A stretch of 64,000 nucleotides of DNA from Gemmatimonadota bacterium (GCA_016713785.1 JADJOM010000002.1:382381-446380); one strand, 5' to 3'; counted from the first letter of the stretch, positions 33,502 through 42,664 are shown. Notes: generated from the letters alone by a model not told the origin. Translations and numbers: made by a program.

Positions 33502-36500
33502 ATGGGCTTCGCCGGACGGATTGCCCAGCGGTTCCTGCACTCCAAGCTGACCCCGCTGCTGATCATCGCCTCGCTGGCGGTGGGCGCGCTGGCCATCGTG
33601 GGGACGCCACGGGAGGAGGAGCCGCAGATCTCGGTGCCGATGATCGACGTGATCGCGGCGCTGCCGGGCGCCGGCCCGGCGGAGGTGGAGAACCTCCTCA
33701 CCCGGCCGATCGAGCAGCGGATGTGGGAGATCCCCGCCGTGGAGCATGTGTACAGCATGGCCGGCGAGGGGTACACGATGGTCACGGTGCGCTTCAAGGT
33801 CGGCGAGGACCAGGAGCGCAGCATCACCCGGGTGCACGCCCGCCTGGTGGCCGACCTGGACCGGATGCCGGCCGGCGCGCTGCCGCCGCTGGTCAAGCCG
33901 CACTCGATCGACGATGTCCCGATCCTCACGCTGACGCTGTCGTCCACGCGGGACGGCTCCAACGCGCTGCGGCAGCTCGCGGTGCAGCTGGAGGAGGAAA
34001 TCCGCACCGTCACCGACGTGGCGGCCACGCAGGTGATCGGCGGGGCGCCGCGGCAGGTGCGGGTGGAGCTCGACCCGGCGCGGCTGGCCGCGGCCGGCGT
34101 GACCCCGGGCGAGGTGACGCAGGCGCTGGCCGGCGCCAACGCCCGGCTCGACGCGGGCGAGCTGCAGAGCGCGGGGCGGAGCTATCGGGTGCAGGTGGGC
34201 GCGCCGCTCCACAGCGGCGCGGAGGTGGCGGGCATCGTGGTGAGCGCGCGGCGCGGGGTGCCGGTGTACCTGCGCAACGTGGCCACGGTGCGGGAGGAGT
34301 TCGGCGAGCGGGAGAGCTACGTCAGCCACGCGGGCCGGGAGGGCGGAGCCGCAAGCGCGGTGACCCTCAGCGTGGCCAAGCGGAAGGGCGCCAACGCCAC
34401 CCTGGTGGCGCACCAGGTGCTGGCGCGAGTGGAGCAGGCGCGGGCGCGCCTGCTGCCGCCGGAGGTCACCGTCACCGAGACCCGGAACTACGGCGAGACC
34501 GCCCGCGAGAAGGCGAGCGAGCTGATCCTGCACCTGGTCATCGCCACGCTGTCGGTGACGGTGCTGATCTGGCTCTTCCTGGGATGGCGCGAGGCGGTGG
34601 TGGTGCTGGTGGCGGTGCCGGTGACGCTCGCGCTCACGCTGTTCAGCTACTACGCCCTGGGCTACACCCTCAACCGGATCACGCTGTTCGCGCTGATTTT
34701 CTCGATCGGCATCCTGGTGGACGATGCGATCGTGGTGGTGGAGAACATCTACCGGCACCTGCAGCTCGGCCTCAAGCCGGCCGGCGAGGCGGCGGTGGAG
34801 GGGGTGGACGAGGTGGGCAACCCGACCATCCTCGCCACCTTCACCGTGATCGCGGCCATCCTGCCGATGGCGTTCGTGCGCGGCCTGATGGGGCCCTACA
34901 TGCGGCCCATCCCGGTGGGGGCCAGCGTGGCCATGCTGGCGAGCCTCGCGGTGGCGTTCATCGTGACGCCGTACATCGCGCTGCGGCTGCTGCGGGGGCA
35001 TGTCGGCGGCCCGTCGGCTCGGCGGCACGATGACTCGGCTCCGGCCGCACCGCCACCCGGTCCGGCGGATGGCCGATACGCCCGCTTGATGCGCCGGCTC
35101 ATGGAGCGGCGGGGCACCCGGCTCGGCTTCTACGTCGGGGTGGTGGCGCTGCTGCTCGCCTCGATGGGGCTGGTGGCGCTCAAGGTGGTGCAGGTGAAGA
35201 TGCTCCCCTTCGACAACAAGTCGGAGTTCCAGGTGATCCTGGACCTGCCGGAGGGGACCACGCTCGAGACCAGCGCGGCGGCGGCGGCCGAGGTGGCCAG
35301 GTACCTGCGCGGGGTGCCGGAGGTGCGGCATACCCAGGTGTACGCCGGCACCGCGGCGCCCTTCAATTTCAACGGACTGGTGCGGCACTACTTCATGCGC
35401 CAGGGCAGCACCGTCGCCGACGTGCAGGTGAACCTGGTGCCCAAGGAGGAGCGGTCGCGCCAGAGCCACGCGATCGCGGTGGCGGTGCGGCCGGGGGTCG
35501 ATTCGATCGCGCGGCGGTACGGGGCCAGCGCCAAGATCGCGGAGATCCCGCCGGGGCCCCCGGTGCTCTCCACGCTCGTCGCCGAGATCTACGCCGGGAG
35601 CGACTCGGCCCGGCTGGCGGCCGCCACGCGGGTGAAGGAGGTCTTCGAGCACACCCCGGGCGTGGTGGACGTGGACTGGACCGTCGAGGCGCCCGAGACG
35701 CAGCTGGCGTTCCGGGTGGACCGGGCCCGCGCGGCCCAGGCCGGGGCGAGCGTGGAGCAGATCGTGCAGACGGTCTACCTGGCGCAGGCCGGCATGCCGG
35801 CGGGGCGGCTGGCCAGCGCCACGGCGCGGGAGGGGATCGGCATCGTGCCGCGGCTGCCGCTGTCGCGGCGTTCCTCGGTGGCGGCGCTGCTGGCCCTGCC
35901 GGTGCCCACCATGAGCGGGCCCCAGCCGCTGGGGCGGTTCGTCACGGTGGACAGCACCCTGCGCGAGGGCACCCGGCACCGCCGCGACCTGCGCCCGGTG
36001 ATCTACGTGACCGGCGACGTGGCGGGCAGCATCGAGAGCCCGGTCTACGCCATCCTGACCATGAACCAGGCGCTGGATACCATCCGGGTGGATGGCGCCG
36101 GGATCCGGCGCTACAACGCGGTGCAGCCCGACCAGCTGGACGAAGTGGCGATGAAGTGGGATGGCGAGTGGCAGATCACGATCGAGGTCTTCCGCGACCT
36201 CGGCCTGGCGTTCGCGGCGGTGCTGCTGCTGATCTACGTGCTGGTGGTGTGGTGGTTCGAGTCGTTCAGCATCCCGCTGGTGATCATGGCGCCGATCCCG
36301 CTCACCCTGGTGGGCATCCTGCCGGGGCACGCGGTCACGGGGGCGTTCTTCACCGCCACCAGCATGATCGGGATGATCGCGCTCGCCGGGATCATCGTGC
36401 GCAACTCGATCCTGCTGGTCGACTTCATCCAGCTGGCCGAGCGCCGTGGCGTGCCGGTGGCGGAGGCGGTGATCGAGGCGGGAGCGGTGCGGTTCCGGCC

Positions 36501-36675
36501 CATCGCCCTGACCGCGGCCGCGGTGGTGGTGGGCGGGCTGGTGATGGTGCTCGACCCGATCTTCCAGGGGCTGGCGGTGGCGCTCATGTTCGGCGCGATC
36601 GTGGCCACGCTGCTCACGATGGTGGTGGTGCCGCTGCTCTACTGGGAGCTGCGGCGGCGGCAGGTGGGGGCGTAG
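33502..36675 (+). CDS. Efflux RND transporter permease subunit (AcrB/CzcA superfamily)
   Basis: 1057 aa with 12-TM AcrB-like organisation (LFALIFSIGILVDDAIVVVENI, IALAGIIVRNSILLVDF). Confidence 0.95.
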   Translation: MGFAGRIAQRFLHSKLTPLLIIASLAVGALAIVGTPREEEPQISVPMIDVIAALPGAGPAEVENLLTRPIEQRMWEIPAVEHVYSMAGEGYTMVTVRFKVGEDQERSITRVHARLVADLDRMPAGALPPLVKPHSIDDVPILTLTLSSTRDGSNALRQLAVQLEEEIRTVTDVAATQVIGGAPRQVRVELDPARLAAAGVTPGEVTQALAGANARLDAGELQSAGRSYRVQVGAPLHSGAEVAGIVVSARRGVPVYLRNVATVREEFGERESYVSHAGREGGAASAVTLSVAKRKGANATLVAHQVLARVEQARARLLPPEVTVTETRNYGETAREKASELILHLVIATLSVTVLIWLFLGWREAVVVLVAVPVTLALTLFSYYALGYTLNRITLFALIFSIGILVDDAIVVVENIYRHLQLGLKPAGEAAVEGVDEVGNPTILATFTVIAAILPMAFVRGLMGPYMRPIPVGASVAMLASLAVAFIVTPYIALRLLRGHVGGPSARRHDDSAPAAPPPGPADGRYARLMRRLMERRGTRLGFYVGVVALLLASMGLVALKVVQVKMLPFDNKSEFQVILDLPEGTTLETSAAAAAEVARYLRGVPEVRHTQVYAGTAAPFNFNGLVRHYFMRQGSTVADVQVNLVPKEERSRQSHAIAVAVRPGVDSIARRYGASAKIAEIPPGPPVLSTLVAEIYAGSDSARLAAATRVKEVFEHTPGVVDVDWTVEAPETQLAFRVDRARAAQAGASVEQIVQTVYLAQAGMPAGRLASATAREGIGIVPRLPLSRRSSVAALLALPVPTMSGPQPLGRFVTVDSTLREGTRHRRDLRPVIYVTGDVAGSIESPVYAILTMNQALDTIRVDGAGIRRYNAVQPDQLDEVAMKWDGEWQITIEVFRDLGLAFAAVLLLIYVLVVWWFESFSIPLVIMAPIPLTLVGILPGHAVTGAFFTATSMIGMIALAGIIVRNSILLVDFIQLAERRGVPVAEAVIEAGAVRFRPIALTAAAVVVGGLVMVLDPIFQGLAVALMFGAIVATLLTMVVVPLLYWELRRRQVGA

Positions 36676-36682
36676 GGTTGGC

Positions 36683-36776
36683 GGGAAGCGGGAAGCGGGA
36701 AGCGGGAAGCGGGAAGCGGGGAGAGGGAAGAGGGAAGCGGGAAGAGGGAAAAGGGAAAAGGGAAAAAAAGGGAAAA
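36683..36776 (+). repeat. Heptamer G-tract array, 13 units (5 perfect GGGAAGC, then degenerate down to GGGAAAA)
   Basis: Units counted: GGGAAGC x5 (36683-36717), then GGGGAGA GGGAAGA GGGAAGC GGGAAGA GGGAAAA GGGAAAA GGGAAAAAAA GGGAAAA. Confidence 0.9.
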
Positions 36777-36837
36777 TGAGAGCGGGTCGGCGGGGTCGCG
36801 CCCCGGGCCCACCCCCTGGATTTCTGAGGAGGCATCG

Positions 36838-37050
36838 ATGTGCAACGAAATGGTCATCCGGCGGATCGCCGGCACGTTCATCCTGCTGTCGCTGGCGCTG
36901 GCGCACTGGGTGAATCCCTACTGGCTGTTGTTCACGGCCTTCGTGGGCTTCAACCTGATCCAGTCGAGCCTGACCGGCTTCTGCCCGCTGGAGCGGATTC
37001 TGGGGCGGTTCGGGCTCTTCGGGTGCAGCCCCCGGGCGACGACGCGCTGA
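36838..37050 (+). CDS. DUF2892 (YgaP C-terminal-like) small membrane protein
   Basis: 70 aa. GAGGAGG Shine-Dalgarno lies upstream. RRIAGTFILLSLALAHWVNPYWLLFTAFVGFNLIQSSLTGFCPLERIL matches the DUF2892 pattern. Confidence 0.75.
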   Translation: MCNEMVIRRIAGTFILLSLALAHWVNPYWLLFTAFVGFNLIQSSLTGFCPLERILGRFGLFGCSPRATTR

Positions 37051-37124
37051 GGGCGGGGAAGGGGAAGCGGGAAGAGGGAACGGGAAGTCAGGATCCGTCG
37101 CTCAGTACCTGCTTCCCGCTTCCC
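37051..37124. repeat. Heptamer-family array with an inverted arm (hairpin)
   Basis: gggaagcgggaag (37062-37074) pairs with cttcccgcttccc (37112-37124). The spacer contains GTCGCTCAG (37097-37105), identical to the spacer at 3754-3762. Confidence 0.8.
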
Positions 37125-37156
37125 GGATCGCGCCCCCTGCCGCAACGTCCCGGAAG

Positions 37157-37172
37157 TGTGACGCAGGTCACG
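37157..37172. promoter_or_regulatory. CRP/FNR-type palindromic site candidate
   Basis: TGTGA-CGCAGG-TCACG matches TGTGA-N6-TCACA at 9 of 10 positions. It lies about 90 nt upstream of the lipoprotein gene ATG at 37253. Confidence 0.3.
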
Positions 37173-37252
37173 ACTTAACGCCTTCGGCGGGGCTGCGTCT
37201 CTGGGGCAGATGGATGGCCGCGATCCCCGGATGACCCCTGAAGGAGTGTCCC

Positions 37253-38167
37253 ATGACTGGAACCCCGTTCCCGCGACGGCTCGCCCTGGTGGCGACGCTC
37301 GCCCTGATCCTCGGCGCCTGCGCCGACAGCAGCTCCCCCTCTGGCAGCACCGGCAACATCCTCACCTCCGCGCAGGCCAACGACATCAGCGCCGACGTGG
37401 CGGCCGACGTGGACGAGCTGGCCGAGCTGTCGACGTATGATGTGTCCAACGGCGTGCCGCTCTCCGCGCCCGCGCCCGCCGCGATCCTGGGCGCGCCGCC
37501 GGCCGTCTGCGTGACGGTCGCGCCGACCCCGCCGACCAACAGCGACGGCGACGCGATTCCCGACTCGGTCCGGTTCACCTACGACGCCTGCGTCTTCACC
37601 CGTGGCGCCGGGACCGTGACCGACTCGCTCGGCGGCACCATCGACTTCCTCGATCCGCTGCCCAACGCCACCAGCCTCGGCGTGCGGCACGTGTTCACCA
37701 ACTTCACCCGCGCCCGCATCAATACCGCCTTCCCGCTGCGCAGCTTCATGGCGGTGCACAACGGCACCCGTGAGTGGGGCGGCAACGCCGACACGCTGGG
37801 GCACACGATCACGGGCTTCACCTCGGTGTGGACCCACCCGAGCGGCCGGACCACGACCCACACCAAGGACTGGGTGGCCACCTTCACCGCGACGACCCCG
37901 GGCTCGATCTCGCTGATCACCCCGCTGCCGGCCGGTTCCTTCGTGCTGGGCGGCACCGGGGCCTGGGCCACGGCCAACCGCAGCTGGAGCGTGACCACCA
38001 GCACCGTGACGCCGCTGGCCTACGATCCCACCTGCACCGTGGCGCCGCGCTTCACCGCCGGCGAGCTCGACCTGGTGGTGACCCGCGGCGGCGAGACCAC
38101 CTTCGTCAACATCCTGTTCACCCAGTGCGGGCAGTACCTGGTGACGCGCACGACCGGCGCGGTGTAG
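37253..38167 (+). CDS. Hypothetical lipoprotein
   Basis: 304 aa. GAAGGAG Shine-Dalgarno and lipobox LALILGAC. No family recognised. Confidence 0.6.
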   Translation: MTGTPFPRRLALVATLALILGACADSSSPSGSTGNILTSAQANDISADVAADVDELAELSTYDVSNGVPLSAPAPAAILGAPPAVCVTVAPTPPTNSDGDAIPDSVRFTYDACVFTRGAGTVTDSLGGTIDFLDPLPNATSLGVRHVFTNFTRARINTAFPLRSFMAVHNGTREWGGNADTLGHTITGFTSVWTHPSGRTTTHTKDWVATFTATTPGSISLITPLPAGSFVLGGTGAWATANRSWSVTTSTVTPLAYDPTCTVAPRFTAGELDLVVTRGGETTFVNILFTQCGQYLVTRTTGAV

Positions 38168-38349
38168 GCGGTAGGGCGGCGACCGAGCGCCCTTCAGGAG
38201 CCGCGCCGCGGCGACTCGGGCGCGAGGGAGTGGGCGGTAGGGAGGGGGCGGGGCGGGGCAGGTTCCCGCGCCGCCCCCTTCGTCGTGCCACCCTGCCGGA
38301 TCGGGGATGGAGGCGCTACGCTCCGTGCGAGTTGAGGGGACCATCGGCG

Positions 38350-38994
38350 ATGGGGGGATGGACAGTGCGGATCGCGATCATCGGCGCGGGCAGTGTCGGC
38401 GGGACCCTGGCCATCGGCTGGTCGGGGTGCGGTCACCAGGTGCGGCTCGGGGTGCGGAACCCCGCCGATCCCAAGGTGCAGGCGCTTCTCGGCAAGTTTG
38501 CCACCCCGGGCGTGGCGCTGCCCCTGGCGGAGGCGGTGGCGGATGCGCCGGTGGTGGTGCTGGCCACGCCGTGGGACGCGACGCTCGAGGTGGTGCGCGG
38601 GCTGTCACTCGCGGGGAAGGTGGTCATCGACACCACCAACCCGCTGTTGCCGAACCTGGCGGGGCTCGGGGTCGGCGGCGCGACGTCGGGGGCGGAGGAG
38701 ATTGCCCGGGCCGCGCCGGGTGCCCGCGTGGTGAAGTGCTTCAACACCACCGGCGCCAACAACTTCCTGGCCCCCGACTACCCGGAGGGTGCCGCGACGA
38801 TGCTGTACGCCGGGGACGACCCGGAGGCCAAGGCGACGGTGGCGGCGCTGGGCCGGGAGCTGGGCTTTGGCATGCTCGACGCGGGGCCGCTGGCGCGGGC
38901 CCGGCTGCTCGAGCCGTTCGCGATGCTGTGGATCACGCTGGCCTACCCGCAGGGGCAGGGGCGGGAGATCGCCTGGCGGCTGATGCGGCGCTAG
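38350..38994 (+). CDS. NADPH-dependent F420 reductase-like / NADP oxidoreductase (NpdG-like Rossmann protein)
   Basis: 214 aa from ATG 38350. IAIIGAGSVGGTLA dinucleotide motif, and VIDTTNPL...VVKCFNT typical of the family. Confidence 0.75.
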   Translation: MGGWTVRIAIIGAGSVGGTLAIGWSGCGHQVRLGVRNPADPKVQALLGKFATPGVALPLAEAVADAPVVVLATPWDATLEVVRGLSLAGKVVIDTTNPLLPNLAGLGVGGATSGAEEIARAAPGARVVKCFNTTGANNFLAPDYPEGAATMLYAGDDPEAKATVAALGRELGFGMLDAGPLARARLLEPFAMLWITLAYPQGQGREIAWRLMRR

Positions 38995-39068
38995 ACGGTA
39001 ATGGCGGTAAAGGCGGTAAAGGCGGTAAAGGCGGTACGGGTGGTGGCCTGGTGGCCCGCCGTACCGCC
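38995..39068 (+). repeat. Octamer-family variant: GGCGGTAAA x3 plus GGCGGTAC, closed by an inverted copy
   Basis: Nonamers at 39003-39011, 39012-39020 and 39021-39029. GGCGGTACGG (39030-39039) pairs with CCGTACCGCC (39059-39068). It starts 1 nt after the TAG stop at 38992-38994. Confidence 0.85.
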
Positions 39069-39137
39069 CTCCTTGGTTCCCGCCTATATTCCCGCCCGTC
39101 CAAAGCAGTCTCCAGACCCCCTGATTTCGGAGTTTCC

Positions 39138-39833
39138 ATGAAGATCCTGGCCCTTGCCGCCATGGGATCGCTCGCGTTCGGCGCCTGCCAGGGAGGCGGC
39201 GCGGTCGGCGGTGGCAGCCTCGCCACCCAGGACGACAGCGTCAGCTACATCCTCGGTTACAAGATGGGCGAGAACCTGAAGCAGCAGTCGGTGCCGGTGA
39301 AGCCGGAGCTCATCTTCCGGGGGCTCAAGGAGGGGATGGCGGGGACCCTGGCCACGATCCCGGATTCGGCGATGCAGGCCACGATGATGGCCTTCCAGGT
39401 GCGCATGATGGGCATCCAGCACCAGAAGGACTCGGTGGCCGCGATCAGCAACCGCACCGACGGCGAGAAGTTCCTGGCCGACAACAAGGGCAAGGACGGC
39501 GTGAAGACCACGCCGACCGGCCTGCAGTACAAGGTCCTCAAGGAAGGCACCGGCCCGCGGCCCAAGGCCACCAGCACGGTGACCGTGAACTACAAGGGGA
39601 CGCTGATCGACGGCACCAAGTTCGACGCCTCCGAGGACCACGGCGGGCCGGCGTCGCTGCTGCTGAACCAGATGATCCCGGGCTGGACCGAGGGCCTGCA
39701 GATGATGAACGTGGGCTCCAAGTACGAGTTCTGGATCCCGGCCGAGCTGGGCTGGGGGCCGCAGGGCTCTCCCCCGACGATCCCGCCCAACGCGGTGGTG
39801 TATTTCGAGGTCGAGCTCCTCTCCTTCAAGTGA
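39138..39833 (+). CDS. FKBP-type peptidyl-prolyl cis-trans isomerase (FkpA/Mip-like lipoprotein)
   Basis: Signal/lipobox LAFGAC, N-terminal dimerisation helix region, and C-terminal FKBP domain (GLQYKVLKEGTG...VTVNYKGTLIDGTKFD...VVYFEVELLSF). Confidence 0.9.
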   Translation: MKILALAAMGSLAFGACQGGGAVGGGSLATQDDSVSYILGYKMGENLKQQSVPVKPELIFRGLKEGMAGTLATIPDSAMQATMMAFQVRMMGIQHQKDSVAAISNRTDGEKFLADNKGKDGVKTTPTGLQYKVLKEGTGPRPKATSTVTVNYKGTLIDGTKFDASEDHGGPASLLLNQMIPGWTEGLQMMNVGSKYEFWIPAELGWGPQGSPPTIPPNAVVYFEVELLSFK

Positions 39834-39854
39834 GCCAGCTCCGGATCCGGGGCC

Positions 39855-41414
39855 ATGGCTGAGGCCCTTCCGCCGCACCTGACCGACGCGCTCGCGGGGC
39901 GATACGCCCTCGAGCGCGTCGTCGGTCGTGGGGGCATGGCGGTGGTGTACCGCGCCCATGACGTGCGGCACAACCGCCCGGTGGCGGTGAAGGTCTTGCA
40001 CGACGAGCTCTCCGCGACCCTTGGCGCCGAGCGGTTCCAGCGCGAGATCCAGATCGCGGCGCGGCTCCAGCATCCCCACATCCTCATGCTGATCGAGGCC
40101 GGCGAGGCGGCCGGCCGGCTGTACTACGTGATGCCGTTCGTGGAGGGGGAATCGCTGCGGCAGCGGCTGCTCCGGGAACGGACGCTGCCGCACGACCAGG
40201 TGGTGGCGCTGGTGTCGGAGGTGGGGGGCGCGCTCGACTACGCCCACCGGCAGGGGGTGATCCACCGGGACATCAAGCCGGAGAACATCCTGCTCTCCGC
40301 GGGCCACGCCCTGGTGGCCGACTTCGGCATCGCCAAGGCCATGGTCGAGGGGCAGCGCACCGCGGGCGCCGAGGGCCGCATCACCCGCACCGGGTTTCCG
40401 GTGGGCACCATCGGCTACATGAGCCCGGAGCAGGCGGCGGGGCTCACCGACCTCTCCGAGCGGAGCGACGTCTACAGCCTGGCCGCGACCGCGTTCGAGA
40501 TGCTGGTCGGGGAGCTGCCGGGGATGTGGCCGGGGGAGGAGTCGGCGCGGGCGGGGCAGTTCGTGGACGCGGCCCCGGCGGTGCGCGCCGCGCTCGACCG
40601 GCTGCCGGGGGCGGTGGAGGCGGCGCTGGTGCGCGGCCTGCTGCTCCGCGACCAGCAGCGCCACGCCAGCCCGGGGGTGTTCGCGCGGGAGCTGGCCGCG
40701 GCGTTCGGCCCGACGCCGCGCTTCTCCGCCGGCGACGCCGACCAGATCATGGCCCGCGCCGCCGAGCTCGACGCCACCACGCCCACCACCGATGCGTCGC
40801 TCTCGCTGGGCGGGCTGCAGCGGATTGCCGGCGAGGTGGGCATCGCGCCGGCCCACGTGGAGCGCGCCGCCCGCGAGGTGGCGCTGCGCAGCGCCGCGCC
40901 GAAGGCGCACCCCTTCCTCGGCTCGCCCACCCGGATCCTGCTCGAGCGGGTGGCGCGGCGCGAGTTCAGCGAGGGCGACGCCGCGCAGCTGGTGGACCTC
41001 ATCCGGCAGGCCATCGGCAACATGGGCCAGGTGAGCCGGCTGGGCCGCGACCTCTCGTGGCAGTCGGTGGCCTACGGCGGCACGCCGGGGCGGCAGCTGT
41101 TCATCACCTTCCGGCCCGGCGCGGGCCAGACGGTCATCCGCTTCGAGGAGAACCTGAAGCAGGTGGCGGGCGCCTACTTCGGCGGGTTCATGGGCGGCCT
41201 GGGCGGCGGGACCGTCGGGGTCTGGATGGGGATCGGCATGGGGCTGCTGCATTCGGTGCCGGCCACGATTGCGCTCGGGGCAACCGCCATCGGCTCCTCG
41301 TATGCGCTGGCGCGCGGCCTGCTCCGCCGCCAGTTCCGCACGCGGTCCACCGAACTCGAGGGCCTGGCCGACCGGCTGGTGGCCACCATCGAGGAGGGCG
41401 GCCGGCGGCGCTGA
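39855..41414 (+). CDS. Serine/threonine protein kinase with an unassigned C-terminal region and a C-terminal membrane anchor
   Basis: GRGGMAVVY G-loop, VAVK, HRDIKPENILL, DFG, GTIGYMSPE. About 230 aa of unassigned sequence ends in a Gly-rich hydrophobic segment. Confidence 0.9.
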   Translation: MAEALPPHLTDALAGRYALERVVGRGGMAVVYRAHDVRHNRPVAVKVLHDELSATLGAERFQREIQIAARLQHPHILMLIEAGEAAGRLYYVMPFVEGESLRQRLLRERTLPHDQVVALVSEVGGALDYAHRQGVIHRDIKPENILLSAGHALVADFGIAKAMVEGQRTAGAEGRITRTGFPVGTIGYMSPEQAAGLTDLSERSDVYSLAATAFEMLVGELPGMWPGEESARAGQFVDAAPAVRAALDRLPGAVEAALVRGLLLRDQQRHASPGVFARELAAAFGPTPRFSAGDADQIMARAAELDATTPTTDASLSLGGLQRIAGEVGIAPAHVERAAREVALRSAAPKAHPFLGSPTRILLERVARREFSEGDAAQLVDLIRQAIGNMGQVSRLGRDLSWQSVAYGGTPGRQLFITFRPGAGQTVIRFEENLKQVAGAYFGGFMGGLGGGTVGVWMGIGMGLLHSVPATIALGATAIGSSYALARGLLRRQFRTRSTELEGLADRLVATIEEGGRRR

Positions 41415-41420
41415 GCGGGA

Positions 41421-41960
41421 TCAGGGCCCGTCGATGTGGAACCTGGGGCCGCCGCAGTGCAGGCACTGGAACAGGTAGAGGGTCGGACCCCGGTCGCGGT
41501 TGAGGCGGTCGAGCAGCCGGGTGGCCGCGCCGCCCGAGATGCCCATCTCGTGGACGATGTGCCCCAGCACCAGGCCCTCCAGCGCGCGGTCCCGCGCGCG
41601 CAGCTCCGCCAGCCCCGCCGGCATCATGAACGCCGCGGCATCCCCGCAGCACGACGGCCACCCTTCCCCCTGCCACGCATCGAAGCCCGGCGTCCGGGTG
41701 CAGATCACCTCGACCGCCGCGGGGGGCACCCCCGGCGCGAAGGCCTCGCGGTCCACGAACGTGGCCTCGTACTCCTCGTGCGCGGTGCCGTCGGCGATGC
41801 ACCAGGGGCAGAGTCCCTCGGGGGTGTCGCCCTCGATGTAGACCGGCCCGTCATAGGCGAAGCCGCGGACCTCGCCGCAGCAGGGGCAGGCCTCGTCCCA
41901 GGGCACGATGCTGCCGCTGGCGATGGGATCGGGGTGATAGCGGAAGACGGGCAGGTCCAT
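41421..41960 (-). CDS. CbrC (UPF0167) family protein
   Basis: 179 aa from ATG 41958-41960. FRYHPDPIASGSIV...CPCCG...CPWCIADGTA...CLHCG cysteine pattern is as I recall for CbrC. Confidence 0.7.
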   Translation of the reverse strand: MDLPVFRYHPDPIASGSIVPWDEACPCCGEVRGFAYDGPVYIEGDTPEGLCPWCIADGTAHEEYEATFVDREAFAPGVPPAAVEVICTRTPGFDAWQGEGWPSCCGDAAAFMMPAGLAELRARDRALEGLVLGHIVHEMGISGGAATRLLDRLNRDRGPTLYLFQCLHCGGPRFHIDGP

Positions 41961-41971
41961 GGGGCGGGTCT

Positions 41972-42550
41972 CTAGGTGCGGATGGGGCGCGCGGGCGGTG
42001 GACCGTCCGACAGGGGCCCCGGGGTTTCCGGGCGCCGGGCCAGCCACTCCTCACGCGTGAGGGCGTACCAGGCCACCGGCACGCCCGGGGGGTGCAGGGC
42101 GGCGTCCTCGTTGGGCTGGAGGCAGACAAAGCGCATGCCGTTCTTCTCGAGCACCCGCGCGGAGGCGGGATTGGCCTCGAGCACGCGCGCCCCCACCCGT
42201 TCCAGGCCGAGGTGGATGAACACGAACTCGAGCAGCTGGCGGAGCCCGAAGCTGGCGTAGCCCTGGCCCCAGTACGGTACCCCCACCCAGTAGCCCACCT
42301 CGGGCGTGGCGCCCGGGGCGATGCCGTGCACGCCGCAGGCCCCGACCAGCGCGCCCCCGTCCATGATCGCGAAGGCCCAGGCCCGCCCCGCGGCGCGGTC
42401 TTCCCGCTGCTGCGCGACGTAGTCGCGCGCGCCGTGCTCGGGGTACGGGTGGGGAATGCTGGTCGTGGCGGCGATGCGCGCGTCCGCCGCGAGGCGCTGG
42501 ATGGCGTCGGCGTGATCCGGGTCCAGGAGGTAGATGCCGGGGGTGTGCAT
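41972..42550 (-). CDS. GNAT family N-acetyltransferase (RimJ/RimL-like)
   Basis: 192 aa from ATG 42548-42550. VGYWVGVPYWGQGYASFGLRQLLEF...RVLEKNGMRF. Confidence 0.8.
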   Translation of the reverse strand: MHTPGIYLLDPDHADAIQRLAADARIAATTSIPHPYPEHGARDYVAQQREDRAAGRAWAFAIMDGGALVGACGVHGIAPGATPEVGYWVGVPYWGQGYASFGLRQLLEFVFIHLGLERVGARVLEANPASARVLEKNGMRFVCLQPNEDAALHPPGVPVAWYALTREEWLARRPETPGPLSDGPPPARPIRT

Positions 42551-42577
42551 GCAGGCACCGGGAGCGGGGGCGGGTCC

Positions 42578-42615
42578 GGGGAACAGGGAAAAGGGAAAGG
42601 GGAACGGGGAAAACC
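42578..42615 (+). repeat. Degenerate purine-rich G-tract array of the heptamer family
   Basis: ggggaacagggaaaagggaaaggggaacggggaaaacc. This is the only copy lying between divergent starts. Confidence 0.6.
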
Positions 42616-42664
42616 GCAACGGGCCGGTGGCGCGGGCTTGACGGCTGCGGGCGGGGTGTCGTGA

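Noticed and set aside
36683-36776. G-rich arrays as FtsK-orienting (KOPS, GGGNAGGG) or Chi-like polar motifs
   Set aside because: Only a few positions (for example GGGAAGGG inside 3700-3784) fit GGGNAGGG. Most single-armed arrays are G-rich on the plus strand. However, the sample is small, one copy (202-244) is opposite, and replication direction is unknown from this window.
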